Assembly: GCA_903828645.1 (NCBI GenBank)
Contig: CAIKNA010000122.1
Location: 3,563-67,562, forward strand
Direction of reading: 5' to 3'
DNA length: 64,000 nucleotides
Origin: an uncultured Bacteroidales bacterium
Lineage (GTDB): Bacteria; Bacteroidota; Bacteroidia; Bacteroidales; FEN-979
Each line of letters begins with the position of its first letter. Positions within the stretch are counted from its first letter, which is position 1. Of the stretch, positions 16,776 to 24,816 are shown piece after piece. Position numbers and translations under genes: made by a program. Below the pieces are notes generated by a model. It ran no database searches. It was not told where the DNA came from and saw only the letters and a list, made by a program, of their open reading frames with translations.

Positions 16776-17648
16776 ATGACTATCATCGATATCATTAAAA
16801 AATTCAAACTTTCAATACTGCTTGTTCTTTCATTTGTGCTGCTGGAAAACATTTCATGGATCATCGAACCGACTTTCTTCGGGAAGTTGCTCGATGCCAT
16901 GATCGACAGGTTTGGGGCCGTTGACAATCCAAAAGTGGATTTTATCCTTCCCCTTTTGTTTTGGGCATTCATTTACCTGCTCAATGTTACCGGGGGAACC
17001 CTGCACCGGCTATATAGCGGAAAGGTTTATGCAAAGATATACGCAGAAACCGCCACCGATGTTATTACCTATTCCAGAAAAAAGGGGCTTCCGACATCCA
17101 TGATTTTCGCCCGGGCTGAACTCGCAAAGGAATATATCGTTTTCCTGAAGGACCGGCTGCCGGAGGTCACCTGGCAACTATCCGCCACCTTCGGTGCTAC
17201 TATTGCCCTGTTTTTCTATGACTGGCGGATTGCCGCCCTGGCAGTGCTCGTTATTGTTCCGATCGGGGTGATCAACAATATCTACCGGAAAAATGTCGTA
17301 ACACTGCAACGTGACCTTCATGATACGCGGGAAGATCAATACAGGATATTCGAATCGGGTAATGTGAGTGCAATCCACAAATATTATCATGACATGGTTA
17401 TGCCGCAGTCGAAGATTGCCAGGTGGAGTTCGCTCGATTACCTGGTCATTAAGGTACTGCTGATGTTTATTTTTATCGGGGTGCTCTTCATCGCCGTGGA
17501 TGTGGATGATTTCTCAACCGGGAAAATTTATGCCATCGTGTCGTACATTTGGACATTCATCGCTTCCACCGATTACATACCGGGTCTCATGGAGAGTCTT
17601 ACCGCAGTTAGGGAACTGAGTTCCAGGATGAAAGAGGAAAATATCTGA
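16776..17648 (+). CDS. ABC-transporter-type six-transmembrane-domain protein (no ATPase domain)
   Basis: 290 aa with about six hydrophobic helices and an ABC exporter TMD-like layout. The ORF ends before any Walker motif. Confidence 0.55.
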   Translation: MTIIDIIKKFKLSILLVLSFVLLENISWIIEPTFFGKLLDAMIDRFGAVDNPKVDFILPLLFWAFIYLLNVTGGTLHRLYSGKVYAKIYAETATDVITYSRKKGLPTSMIFARAELAKEYIVFLKDRLPEVTWQLSATFGATIALFFYDWRIAALAVLVIVPIGVINNIYRKNVVTLQRDLHDTREDQYRIFESGNVSAIHKYYHDMVMPQSKIARWSSLDYLVIKVLLMFIFIGVLFIAVDVDDFSTGKIYAIVSYIWTFIASTDYIPGLMESLTAVRELSSRMKEENI

Positions 17649-17668
17649 AAGAACCATGCGAAATATTT

Positions 17669-17709
17669 AAAAAAAAAGCTGTTCCGGTTGATCGGAACAG
17701 CTTTTTTTG
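17669..17709. terminator. bidirectional intrinsic terminator between convergent genes
   Basis: aaaaaaaaAGCTGTTCCGgttgatCGGAACAGCTttttttt, with an A-tract and a T-tract flanking a 10-bp stem. Confidence 0.85.
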
Positions 17710-17724
17710 CAATGGCAGCAATTT

Positions 17725-19518
17725 TTAGTACCTCTTTCGGGGAGTATAGTGGGTATGAAGTAATTCATGTGATTTATGACCCAGGGGTTTTTCGAGGAAA
17801 TCCTTGTAGATCTCTGCAATTTCAGGGTTTTCATGCGATTTACGCACAGACATGCCCATATCTTCTTCGTAGATGGCCATTTTACGTTTGGTACGGATCT
17901 CCTTGTTGGTCGGAATCGGCTGGCCTCCTCCACCCAGGCAACCGCCCGGACAAGCCATCACTTCAATGAAATGATAAGTGGCTTTGCCATCCCTGACGTT
18001 CTGCATAAGGGTTTTCGCGTGAGCCAGGCCATTTGCAACAGCGCATTTCAATTCGACACCTTCCAGAAAACTCCATTCGGGTTTGACTTTTTCAATTTTA
18101 ATGGTGGCCTCCCGAACTTCGCCTTCCGTTCCACGGACTGGTGTAATATTCAGTCCATCGAAAGGAACTTCGCGACCCGTTACGATTTCGTAAGCAGTAC
18201 GCAAGGCAGCTTCCATCACACCCCCGGTTGAACCGAAAATTACGGCAGCACCGGTGGATGAACCCATGAAATTGTCAAATTTTTCCTCGGGAAGTTCTTC
18301 GAAATCCAGACCTGCCTGTTTGATCATAATGCCAAGTTCACGGGTAGTAAGAACAAAATCCACATCTTTGTATCCACTGGAGCGCATTTCAGGGCGGTTG
18401 GCTTCGAATTTCTTAGCGGTGCATGGCATGATTGAAACCGAAACAATGTCTTTGGGATTCAGTTTCCGTTTTTGGGCATAATAGGTTTTCGCCAGTGCGC
18501 CGAACATTTGCTGTGGCGATTTACAGGTAGAAAGATTGGGCAGGTATTCAGGGAAGGTATGCTCAATAAATTTGATCCATCCGGGGGAACAGGAGGTAGC
18601 CATAGGCAATGAAACGGATGGGTCTTTGTCGACCAAAGCTCTTTTCAAACGGGAGAGCAGTTCATGTCCTTCTTCGATAATGGTCAGGTCGGCTGTAAAA
18701 TCGGTATCCAGTACTGAAGTGAAACCAAGCCGCCTGAGTGCTGCCACCATTTTGCCGGTAACGATCTTGCCGGTAGCCATGCCAAGTGCTTCACCGAGTG
18801 CAACGCGCACAGCAGGGGCAGTTTGAACAACCACATGTTTGGTCGGGTCATAAATTGCATCCCAAACCTGGTCTATGTAGTTGCGCTCGATCAGAGCGCC
18901 GGTCGGGCATCTGTTTACGCATTGACCGCAATTGGTGCAAACAACCTCGAACAAGGAGTGTTCAAAAAAGGTTGAGATTTTCATTTTATTGCCTTTGTAA
19001 GCAACGCCAAGAGCGCTCACACTCTGCAACTCTTCACAGGTGCGCACACAACGCTGGCAACGGATACACCGGCTGTCGTCCTTGACGATGGCTGTATTGA
19101 ACATATCAATGGTGTATTTTTTATCGGGAACCAGGTCAAGAAACAGGTGGTCGCCTGTCAGCATTTGTGATGCAAGACTCTGGAGTTCGCAGTTGCCGTT
19201 TTTGTAACATTTGGTACAATCGGCGTTATGCTCCGAAAGCAGCAATTCTACAATGTGTTTGCGGGCCATACGGACCTTCATGCTGTTGGTGTGGATAACC
19301 ATTCCTTCGGCAGCCGGTGTTGCACAGGATGCAGGCAGGTTTTTTACTTTCTCCTGCTCTACCACGCAAACGCGGCAATTTCCGGCAACACAAAGGTCCT
19401 CGTGATAACACAGGGTTGGAATATGGATATTGAGGTTGCGGGCTGCTTCAAGGATGGTGGTACCTTCATCTACAGCAATGCTGATACCGTCTATCGTGAG
19501 ATTTATTTGTTTAGACAT
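17725..19518 (-). CDS. second [FeFe]-hydrogenase large subunit (M3-type) with TSCSPGW variant of H-cluster motif 1
   Basis: 597 aa. MATSCSPGW (codons acc tcc tgt tcc ccc gga tgg, checked on the DNA), MPCTAKKFE, EVMACPGGCLGGGGQP. N-terminal motifs: HNADCTKCYKNGNCELQ, CIRCQRCVRTCE, CTNCGQCVNRCPTGAL. Confidence 0.92.
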   Translation of the reverse strand: MSKQINLTIDGISIAVDEGTTILEAARNLNIHIPTLCYHEDLCVAGNCRVCVVEQEKVKNLPASCATPAAEGMVIHTNSMKVRMARKHIVELLLSEHNADCTKCYKNGNCELQSLASQMLTGDHLFLDLVPDKKYTIDMFNTAIVKDDSRCIRCQRCVRTCEELQSVSALGVAYKGNKMKISTFFEHSLFEVVCTNCGQCVNRCPTGALIERNYIDQVWDAIYDPTKHVVVQTAPAVRVALGEALGMATGKIVTGKMVAALRRLGFTSVLDTDFTADLTIIEEGHELLSRLKRALVDKDPSVSLPMATSCSPGWIKFIEHTFPEYLPNLSTCKSPQQMFGALAKTYYAQKRKLNPKDIVSVSIMPCTAKKFEANRPEMRSSGYKDVDFVLTTRELGIMIKQAGLDFEELPEEKFDNFMGSSTGAAVIFGSTGGVMEAALRTAYEIVTGREVPFDGLNITPVRGTEGEVREATIKIEKVKPEWSFLEGVELKCAVANGLAHAKTLMQNVRDGKATYHFIEVMACPGGCLGGGGQPIPTNKEIRTKRKMAIYEEDMGMSVRKSHENPEIAEIYKDFLEKPLGHKSHELLHTHYTPRKRY

Positions 19519-19551
19519 AGATTGTTGTTGTATTTTCTGGTGAATACTGAA

Positions 19552-20718
19552 TTAGTAAATCATTTCTTCCTTGAAATTGTTGACAATGGAGGAGAATGAA
19601 TTGGCTACGGATTGACCCAGGCCACATTTCGCGGTAATTTTCATGCTTTCACTCAGTTTCATGAGTTGGTCAAGATAGGCCGCTTTCTTTTCTCCTTTTT
19701 TCACGGCAACAATTCCTTTCAGCAACTGCTGACATCCGACCCTGCATGGAGTACACTGTCCGCAGGATTCTTCTTCAAAAAATTCAAGATAATTGTGCAG
19801 TACATTGTACATGGACCGTGAACTGTTGAAGATCATCATGGAGCCGCCGGTAGGAACTCCTTCAAAGCCAATGACCGTATCCTTGAACTTTTTACGGGGC
19901 ACGCAGAAACCGGATGCACCTCCAACCTGAACAGCCTTGGTGTCGCCATCGCCGAATTCATCCACAAAACGGTCGAGGGGCATGCCCAGTTCAAGTTCGT
20001 AAATTCCCGGGATGGGTGTATCGCCGGAAACGGAGAAGACTTTTGAACCGCGTGAGTCGGTAGTGCCGAGTTTTTTATATTGATCGGGACCGAGGCGCAT
20101 GATCATGAGTACATTCACGAAGGTTTCGACATTGTTGATGACGGTGGGTTTTTTCATGAATCCACTCGTGGTAGGGTAAGGTGGCTTGTTGCGTGGTTCA
20201 CCGCGTCCGCCTTCCATCGATTCAAAAAGTGCACTTTCTTCGCCGCAGATATAGGCTCCTGATCCCATCCGGATTTCGATGGGAAAATTTAAGCCAAGCA
20301 GTTTCATATGCTCATGGTAGATTTCCAGTTCTTTCATCAGTTCAGGAACCATGAATTTGTATTCGCCACGGAGGTACATGTAACCTTTGTTTGCACCAAT
20401 CACCCTGCCGCAAATAGCCATTCCCGAAAACACCTTGCGTGGAACCCGCAACAGGATTTCCCGATCTTTAAATGTACCTGGTTCACCTTCATCGGCATTG
20501 CACACCACAAACTTCTCGTCACTGGGCGACTCTGCAGTGAATTTCCATTTCATGGCGGTCGGAAAACCGGCGCCACCCCGGCCGCGAAGGCCCGACTCCA
20601 GAATGTCTTTCAGGATATCCTCGTTGGTCCGCTCCAGTGTGTTGGCTAAAACCTTGTACTTTTCGTTGGAATATTCCCCGAAGATTAAGTCAACTCTTTT
20701 AAGGGTTTGTTCTGACAT
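19552..20718 (-). CDS. minimal NuoF-like flavoprotein subunit (no N-terminal 2Fe-2S domain, no C-terminal ferredoxin domain)
   Basis: 388 aa. GLRGRGGAGFPTAMKW, CNADEGEPGTFKDR, ESCGQCTPCRVG. The protein ends ~60 aa after the N3 motif. Confidence 0.9.
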   Translation of the reverse strand: MSEQTLKRVDLIFGEYSNEKYKVLANTLERTNEDILKDILESGLRGRGGAGFPTAMKWKFTAESPSDEKFVVCNADEGEPGTFKDREILLRVPRKVFSGMAICGRVIGANKGYMYLRGEYKFMVPELMKELEIYHEHMKLLGLNFPIEIRMGSGAYICGEESALFESMEGGRGEPRNKPPYPTTSGFMKKPTVINNVETFVNVLMIMRLGPDQYKKLGTTDSRGSKVFSVSGDTPIPGIYELELGMPLDRFVDEFGDGDTKAVQVGGASGFCVPRKKFKDTVIGFEGVPTGGSMMIFNSSRSMYNVLHNYLEFFEEESCGQCTPCRVGCQQLLKGIVAVKKGEKKAAYLDQLMKLSESMKITAKCGLGQSVANSFSSIVNNFKEEMIY

Positions 20719-20745
20719 GACTGTTTCTCCTATTTTCTATATGTG

Positions 20746-21210
20746 TTATATATGTATGTATTCACTGATGATATCATGTACCTTTTCGGTGGTAAGGCCA
20801 CTATAGGGCGTATCGTTGATCAGCATAGCCGGACCCTCATGACACCAGCCAAGACAGTTGGTTTCAAGCAAGGTGAACTTTTTGTTCGGCGTGGTCTCCC
20901 CGACTTTGATTTTCAGCATATCTTCCAGTGTCTGAACAATGGTCTTTTTACCATGCATATCACAGGTTATTGTTTTACAAACCCTGATGACATATTCGCC
21001 CCGTGGCTCTGTGTCAAGAAATGAATAAAAGGTGGCTGTTCCATAGACCTGGGCTGCGGAAAGATCTAATTCCTTGGCAATGTCTGTCATGCAGGTGTCT
21101 GAAAGGTAATTGTTTTTTGCAACAACTCCTTGTAGAATTGGAAGCAAACTGGTCCTTTCCCGGCCATATTTGTCTGCTAATTCCCGGATTAATGATTTGC
21201 AATCAGTCAT
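20746..21210 (-). CDS. NuoE-like thioredoxin-like [2Fe-2S] subunit
   Basis: 154 aa. VCKTITCDMHG ... TNCLGWCHEGPAM. It is the first gene of the three-gene locus. Confidence 0.85.
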   Translation of the reverse strand: MTDCKSLIRELADKYGRERTSLLPILQGVVAKNNYLSDTCMTDIAKELDLSAAQVYGTATFYSFLDTEPRGEYVIRVCKTITCDMHGKKTIVQTLEDMLKIKVGETTPNKKFTLLETNCLGWCHEGPAMLINDTPYSGLTTEKVHDIISEYIHI

Positions 21211-21462
21211 AAAATATATTTTAAATTGTTAATATATAGTGCTTTATCGTCTCCTTATCTTCAATTGTGAAAACATTAACAAAATCCCCTGCAAATGTAT
21301 TATTTTTCTTTGTTATTTATTTAACAGATTATGGTGATTTTGAAGTTTTTTTTAAATTTAGAGATGATCTAAATTATATTTAAACCGGTGAAATGTTGAC
21401 GCCTGGGGCAAGTGGGTGAGGTCAATATTTTCCTAAATTTGCCAGACATCTTTTTCACCTGC

Positions 21463-22227
21463 ATGGATCATTACCGGTATTTCATTCGTTTAGCCTATGA
21501 TGGCAGCCATTTCCATGGCTGGCAGCGGCAACCCAATGCCGCGACCATCCAGCAAACCCTTGAGGAGGCGATGTCGATGATGTTAAGATCCTCCATATCC
21601 TTGACCGGGGCTGGTCGCACGGATACCGGTGTTCATGCGGATGAATATTTTGCACATGTTGATTTAAGTGATCATCTGTCAGTATTTGAACTTGAAAAAT
21701 TGATTTTCAGGTTGAACAGATATCTTGGGGGCCAGATCGTGCTTTTTGAGATATTCCGGGTGGCATCTGAGGCTCACGCAAGGTTCAGTGCCTTATCAAG
21801 GTCTTACCGGTACTGTATTGCAAGGGTTCAAAATCCGTTCCGGCGGGATTATACCTGTTTTCTTTATGGCCCGGTTGATGTGGAACTGATGAATGCCGGA
21901 GCTTCGCTGATGATGGATTACCGGGATTTTACCTCCTTCTCCAGGGTGGATACCGACACGATGACAAATATTTGCAGGATCAGCTATGCGCGGTGGGAGT
22001 TGGAAGGGGATGAACTTGTTTTCACCATCACCGCCGACCGTTTTCTAAGAAACATGGTCCGGGCCATTGTTGGAACCCTGTTGGAACTCGGAACCGGTAA
22101 AATAAACCTGGAAGATTTAAAACTGATCATCGAAAGCAAAAACAGGTCGAAAGCAGGAAATTCAGCACCAGCGAGGGGATTGACCCTGCACAGGATTTTA
22201 TATCCGAAGGAAATTTACCCGAAATAA
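21463..22227 (+). CDS. truA: tRNA pseudouridine(38-40) synthase
   Basis: The likely start is Met18 of the track ORF (MDHYRYFIRLAYDGSHFHGWQRQ). It has the GAGRTDTGVHA catalytic Asp motif. Confidence 0.9.
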   Translation: MDHYRYFIRLAYDGSHFHGWQRQPNAATIQQTLEEAMSMMLRSSISLTGAGRTDTGVHADEYFAHVDLSDHLSVFELEKLIFRLNRYLGGQIVLFEIFRVASEAHARFSALSRSYRYCIARVQNPFRRDYTCFLYGPVDVELMNAGASLMMDYRDFTSFSRVDTDTMTNICRISYARWELEGDELVFTITADRFLRNMVRAIVGTLLELGTGKINLEDLKLIIESKNRSKAGNSAPARGLTLHRILYPKEIYPK

Positions 22228-22282
22228 TTTGCATTTTGCTATTTGCATTTTACTAATTGCATTTTGCTATTTGCATTTTGAA
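22227..22282. repeat. 4 x 14-bp (8 x 7-bp) tandem repeat between convergent truA and tkt genes
   Basis: aatttgcattttgct atttgcattttact aattgcattttgct atttgcattttgaa. It overlaps the last ~10 codons of the transketolase C-subunit ORF. Confidence 0.8.
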
Positions 22283-23230
22283 TTTTATTACCGTGAGTCC
22301 AGCCTCAACGATCGCTCTTGCAGTCATGCCATATTTCTCCATGAGCTGCCTTGGTTCCCCCGATTCACCGAAGTGATCCTGCATCCCTGCAAAGGCCATG
22401 GGAACTGGATGATGCTGAACGACCACCTCCGCTACTGCACTGCCAAGTCCTCCGATTATCTGGTGTTCCTCGGCGGTCACAATGGCCCCGGTTTCACCTG
22501 CTGCCAGGATGATCGCATCCCTGTCAATGGGTTTAATGGTATGCATGTTGATCACCCGGGCACCAATTCCGCTGGTTTCAAGAATCTCAGCCGCCTGCAA
22601 TGCCTCCCACACCATATGCCCCGTAGCAATAATGGTAAGGTCATTCCCGGCCCTGAGGATTTGTGATTTCCCTATTGTAAAGTCCATTATATCCGAAGTG
22701 AAATCAGGCATGGCTTCCCTGCCGAAACGGATATAAACCGGACCATTGCATTGTTCGATGGCAGCCAGGGTTGCAACTCTTGTTTGCATTGCATCACACG
22801 GGGAAAGGACGGTCATACCTGGCAATACGCGCATCACGGCAATGTCTTCAAGTGCCTGGTGGGTCGCACCGTCAGGCCCCACCGAAACTCCGGCATGAGC
22901 ACCGCCAATGACCACATGCAGGTTGTTGTAGCAAACGGAGATCCTGATTTGATCCGTGGTCCTCAGGGCAGCAAAAACGCCATAGGTTGAGAAAACGGGA
23001 GTCTTGCCTTCCAGGGCAAGCCCTGCGGCGACACCCACGCAATTCTGTTCTGCAATGCCTAGCGAGATGAACCTGTGAGGAAGTGTTTCTGCAAACAGGT
23101 TGCATCCGACAGAGGTTGTTATGTCGGCACCAAGGCAAACCACCTGCGGATTGCGAAGGCCTGCCTCCAGCAATCCTTCAGCGAAACCGGTTTTCGTGGG
23201 TTTATCACCTCTGTTTTTATATGGGTTCAA
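22253..23230 (-). CDS. transketolase, C-terminal (pyrimidine-binding) subunit
   Basis: 325 aa. FISLGIAEQN, GPDGATHQALEDIA. TTG is the only start after an in-frame stop. The C-terminal residues (KFKMQIAKCN) are encoded by the tandem repeat. Confidence 0.88.
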   Translation of the reverse strand: MNPYKNRGDKPTKTGFAEGLLEAGLRNPQVVCLGADITTSVGCNLFAETLPHRFISLGIAEQNCVGVAAGLALEGKTPVFSTYGVFAALRTTDQIRISVCYNNLHVVIGGAHAGVSVGPDGATHQALEDIAVMRVLPGMTVLSPCDAMQTRVATLAAIEQCNGPVYIRFGREAMPDFTSDIMDFTIGKSQILRAGNDLTIIATGHMVWEALQAAEILETSGIGARVINMHTIKPIDRDAIILAAGETGAIVTAEEHQIIGGLGSAVAEVVVQHHPVPMAFAGMQDHFGESGEPRQLMEKYGMTARAIVEAGLTVIKFKMQIAKCN

Positions 23231-23263
23231 TCGACGGTAATTTTAAGTGGTAACTGATTTTTT

Positions 23264-23302
23264 CCTTCGAGTCCCTTCGTGCCTCCTTCGTGGATCTTCG
23301 TG
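23264..23302. repeat. 4 x CTTCG(T/A)G direct repeats at 10-11 bp period in the spacer between the transketolase subunit genes
   Basis: Copies start at 23264, 23274, 23285 and 23295. On the mRNA strand they read CACGAAGG / CUCGAAGG. Confidence 0.7.
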
Positions 23303-23309
23303 CAATATT

Positions 23310-24140
23310 TTATCTGAGTTGTTCTAGAAATTCCAATGCTTGTTCGGTGGTCGGGACTTTCCCGTGCCAGTGATAATCGCCCTCAATGGATCTTATTCCT
23401 TTACCCATCAATGTTTTGGCAATAATTACCGAAGGTGCATTTTGAGATATTTGCGCTTTTGCAAATACATCAAGCAACTGGTCAATATCATTCCCATCGC
23501 AGTTCAGCACCTGCCAGCCGAAGCTGCGCCACTTTTCTGCGAGGGGCTCCAGCTTCATGACATCTTCCGTTTTGCCGTCAATCTGAAGCCCGTTGCGATC
23601 GACAATGGCAACAAAGTTATCAAGTTTGTAATGGGAAGCCGACATTGCAGCTTCCCAAACTGATCCTTCCTGCAATTCGCCATCCCCGTGAATACTGTAG
23701 ATGCGGTGATTTTTCCGATCCATTTTTGCAGCAATCGCCATGCCGACTGCCACTGAAAGTCCCTGTCCAAGTGAACCCGCGGATAATTCAATGCCAGGCA
23801 ACCCGTGATCCCTGCCGGGATGACCCTGGAGCCTGCTCCCCAGTTTTCTCAAGGTTTTAAGTTCATTTAGGGGAAAATACCCTGCATGGGCGAGTGTTGC
23901 GTAGAGTACCGGGGCAACATGGCCGATGCTGAGCACCACCCGGTCTCGACCGGACCATGACGGTTGAACCGGATCATGGTTTAGCACCGAAAAATAGAGG
24001 GTAGTGAAAATGTCGGCCAACCCGAGTGAGCCACCGAGATGACCGGATCCGGCCCCGGCAAGCATGACAACAACCGATTTACGGATGCCGGCAGCGATTT
24101 CCTTCAACCGGACTGGGTCGGTGGATTGCCAGGAATGCAT
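23310..24140 (-). CDS. transketolase, N-terminal (TPP-binding) subunit
   Basis: 276 aa. GSGHLGGSLG, SIGHVAPVLYA, GDGELQEGSVWEA. Confidence 0.9.
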   Translation of the reverse strand: MHSWQSTDPVRLKEIAAGIRKSVVVMLAGAGSGHLGGSLGLADIFTTLYFSVLNHDPVQPSWSGRDRVVLSIGHVAPVLYATLAHAGYFPLNELKTLRKLGSRLQGHPGRDHGLPGIELSAGSLGQGLSVAVGMAIAAKMDRKNHRIYSIHGDGELQEGSVWEAAMSASHYKLDNFVAIVDRNGLQIDGKTEDVMKLEPLAEKWRSFGWQVLNCDGNDIDQLLDVFAKAQISQNAPSVIIAKTLMGKGIRSIEGDYHWHGKVPTTEQALEFLEQLR

Positions 24141-24142
24141 CT

Positions 24143-24778
24143 TTAGCGCATGTCGATGACTTCCACGCCGGGGAATTTTTTCGGGTCAAAAGTGAAATCG
24201 GCATCAGTGACCGGCGTGTCAGTGAGATAGGTCTTGATTTTGTAGGTAAAAGTGTTCCCGCTTTTATCGTAAAGCGTGAAACTCTTAACCTGTTTTTTCT
24301 CCTTGTCAATGCCAAGGATAGCTTTGGTGAAGTTTTTACCGGTGTTTGGAATCAACTCAACTGATTCGGTGGAGGGATCGGTACTTTTTATGATCTTTGA
24401 TTTATAATTTGAATTGTAGGATGTAAGAAGTTTGGAGGGGGTAAGGGCATCGTCCTTGTTTTCCAGGGCATTGACCTGGACTTCATTCGATTCCTTGAGA
24501 TAGGTCCAAATGGTTTTGCCATCGCAAATCACGTTTTGGCCGGCAGCCGACATTTTATATTTATCACCCGACACCAGCAGCGTTCCGGTTTTTTCTTCGT
24601 TGATCTTTGCCTTGGTATTTTCCATGGTATAGGAAAATTCAACCTTGATCGATTTATGAGATTTTGCCTTTTTACTCACTTCCTCAAGCAATGCTGAAGC
24701 TTTGGCGTCTTTTCCCTGGCTGAAGGCAGCGACGACGGAAAAAATAAACAAAGCGGTTAGAATGGTTCTCGTTTTCAT
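24143..24778 (-). CDS. LolA-like outer-membrane lipoprotein carrier family protein
   Basis: The likely start is Met13 (MKTRTILTALFIFSVVAAFSQ). Size, composition and position downstream of ftsK are typical of Bacteroidota LolA-like genes. Confidence 0.55.
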   Translation of the reverse strand: MKTRTILTALFIFSVVAAFSQGKDAKASALLEEVSKKAKSHKSIKVEFSYTMENTKAKINEEKTGTLLVSGDKYKMSAAGQNVICDGKTIWTYLKESNEVQVNALENKDDALTPSKLLTSYNSNYKSKIIKSTDPSTESVELIPNTGKNFTKAILGIDKEKKQVKSFTLYDKSGNTFTYKIKTYLTDTPVTDADFTFDPKKFPGVEVIDMR

Positions 24779-24816
24779 TGTTTCTATGTTAATATCGGCG
24801 ATTAGTATGTTCAAAT

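Noticed and set aside
21355-21375. 7-bp inverted repeat aatttag-N7-ctaaatt in the 250-bp AT-rich region between the second hydrogenase locus and truA; also the 12-bp palindrome tgtgttaacaca at 59886-59897 upstream of the GWxTD gene
   Set aside because: Short AT-rich palindromes are expected by chance in AT-rich intergenic DNA. There is no second copy or associated regulator gene to support an operator call.
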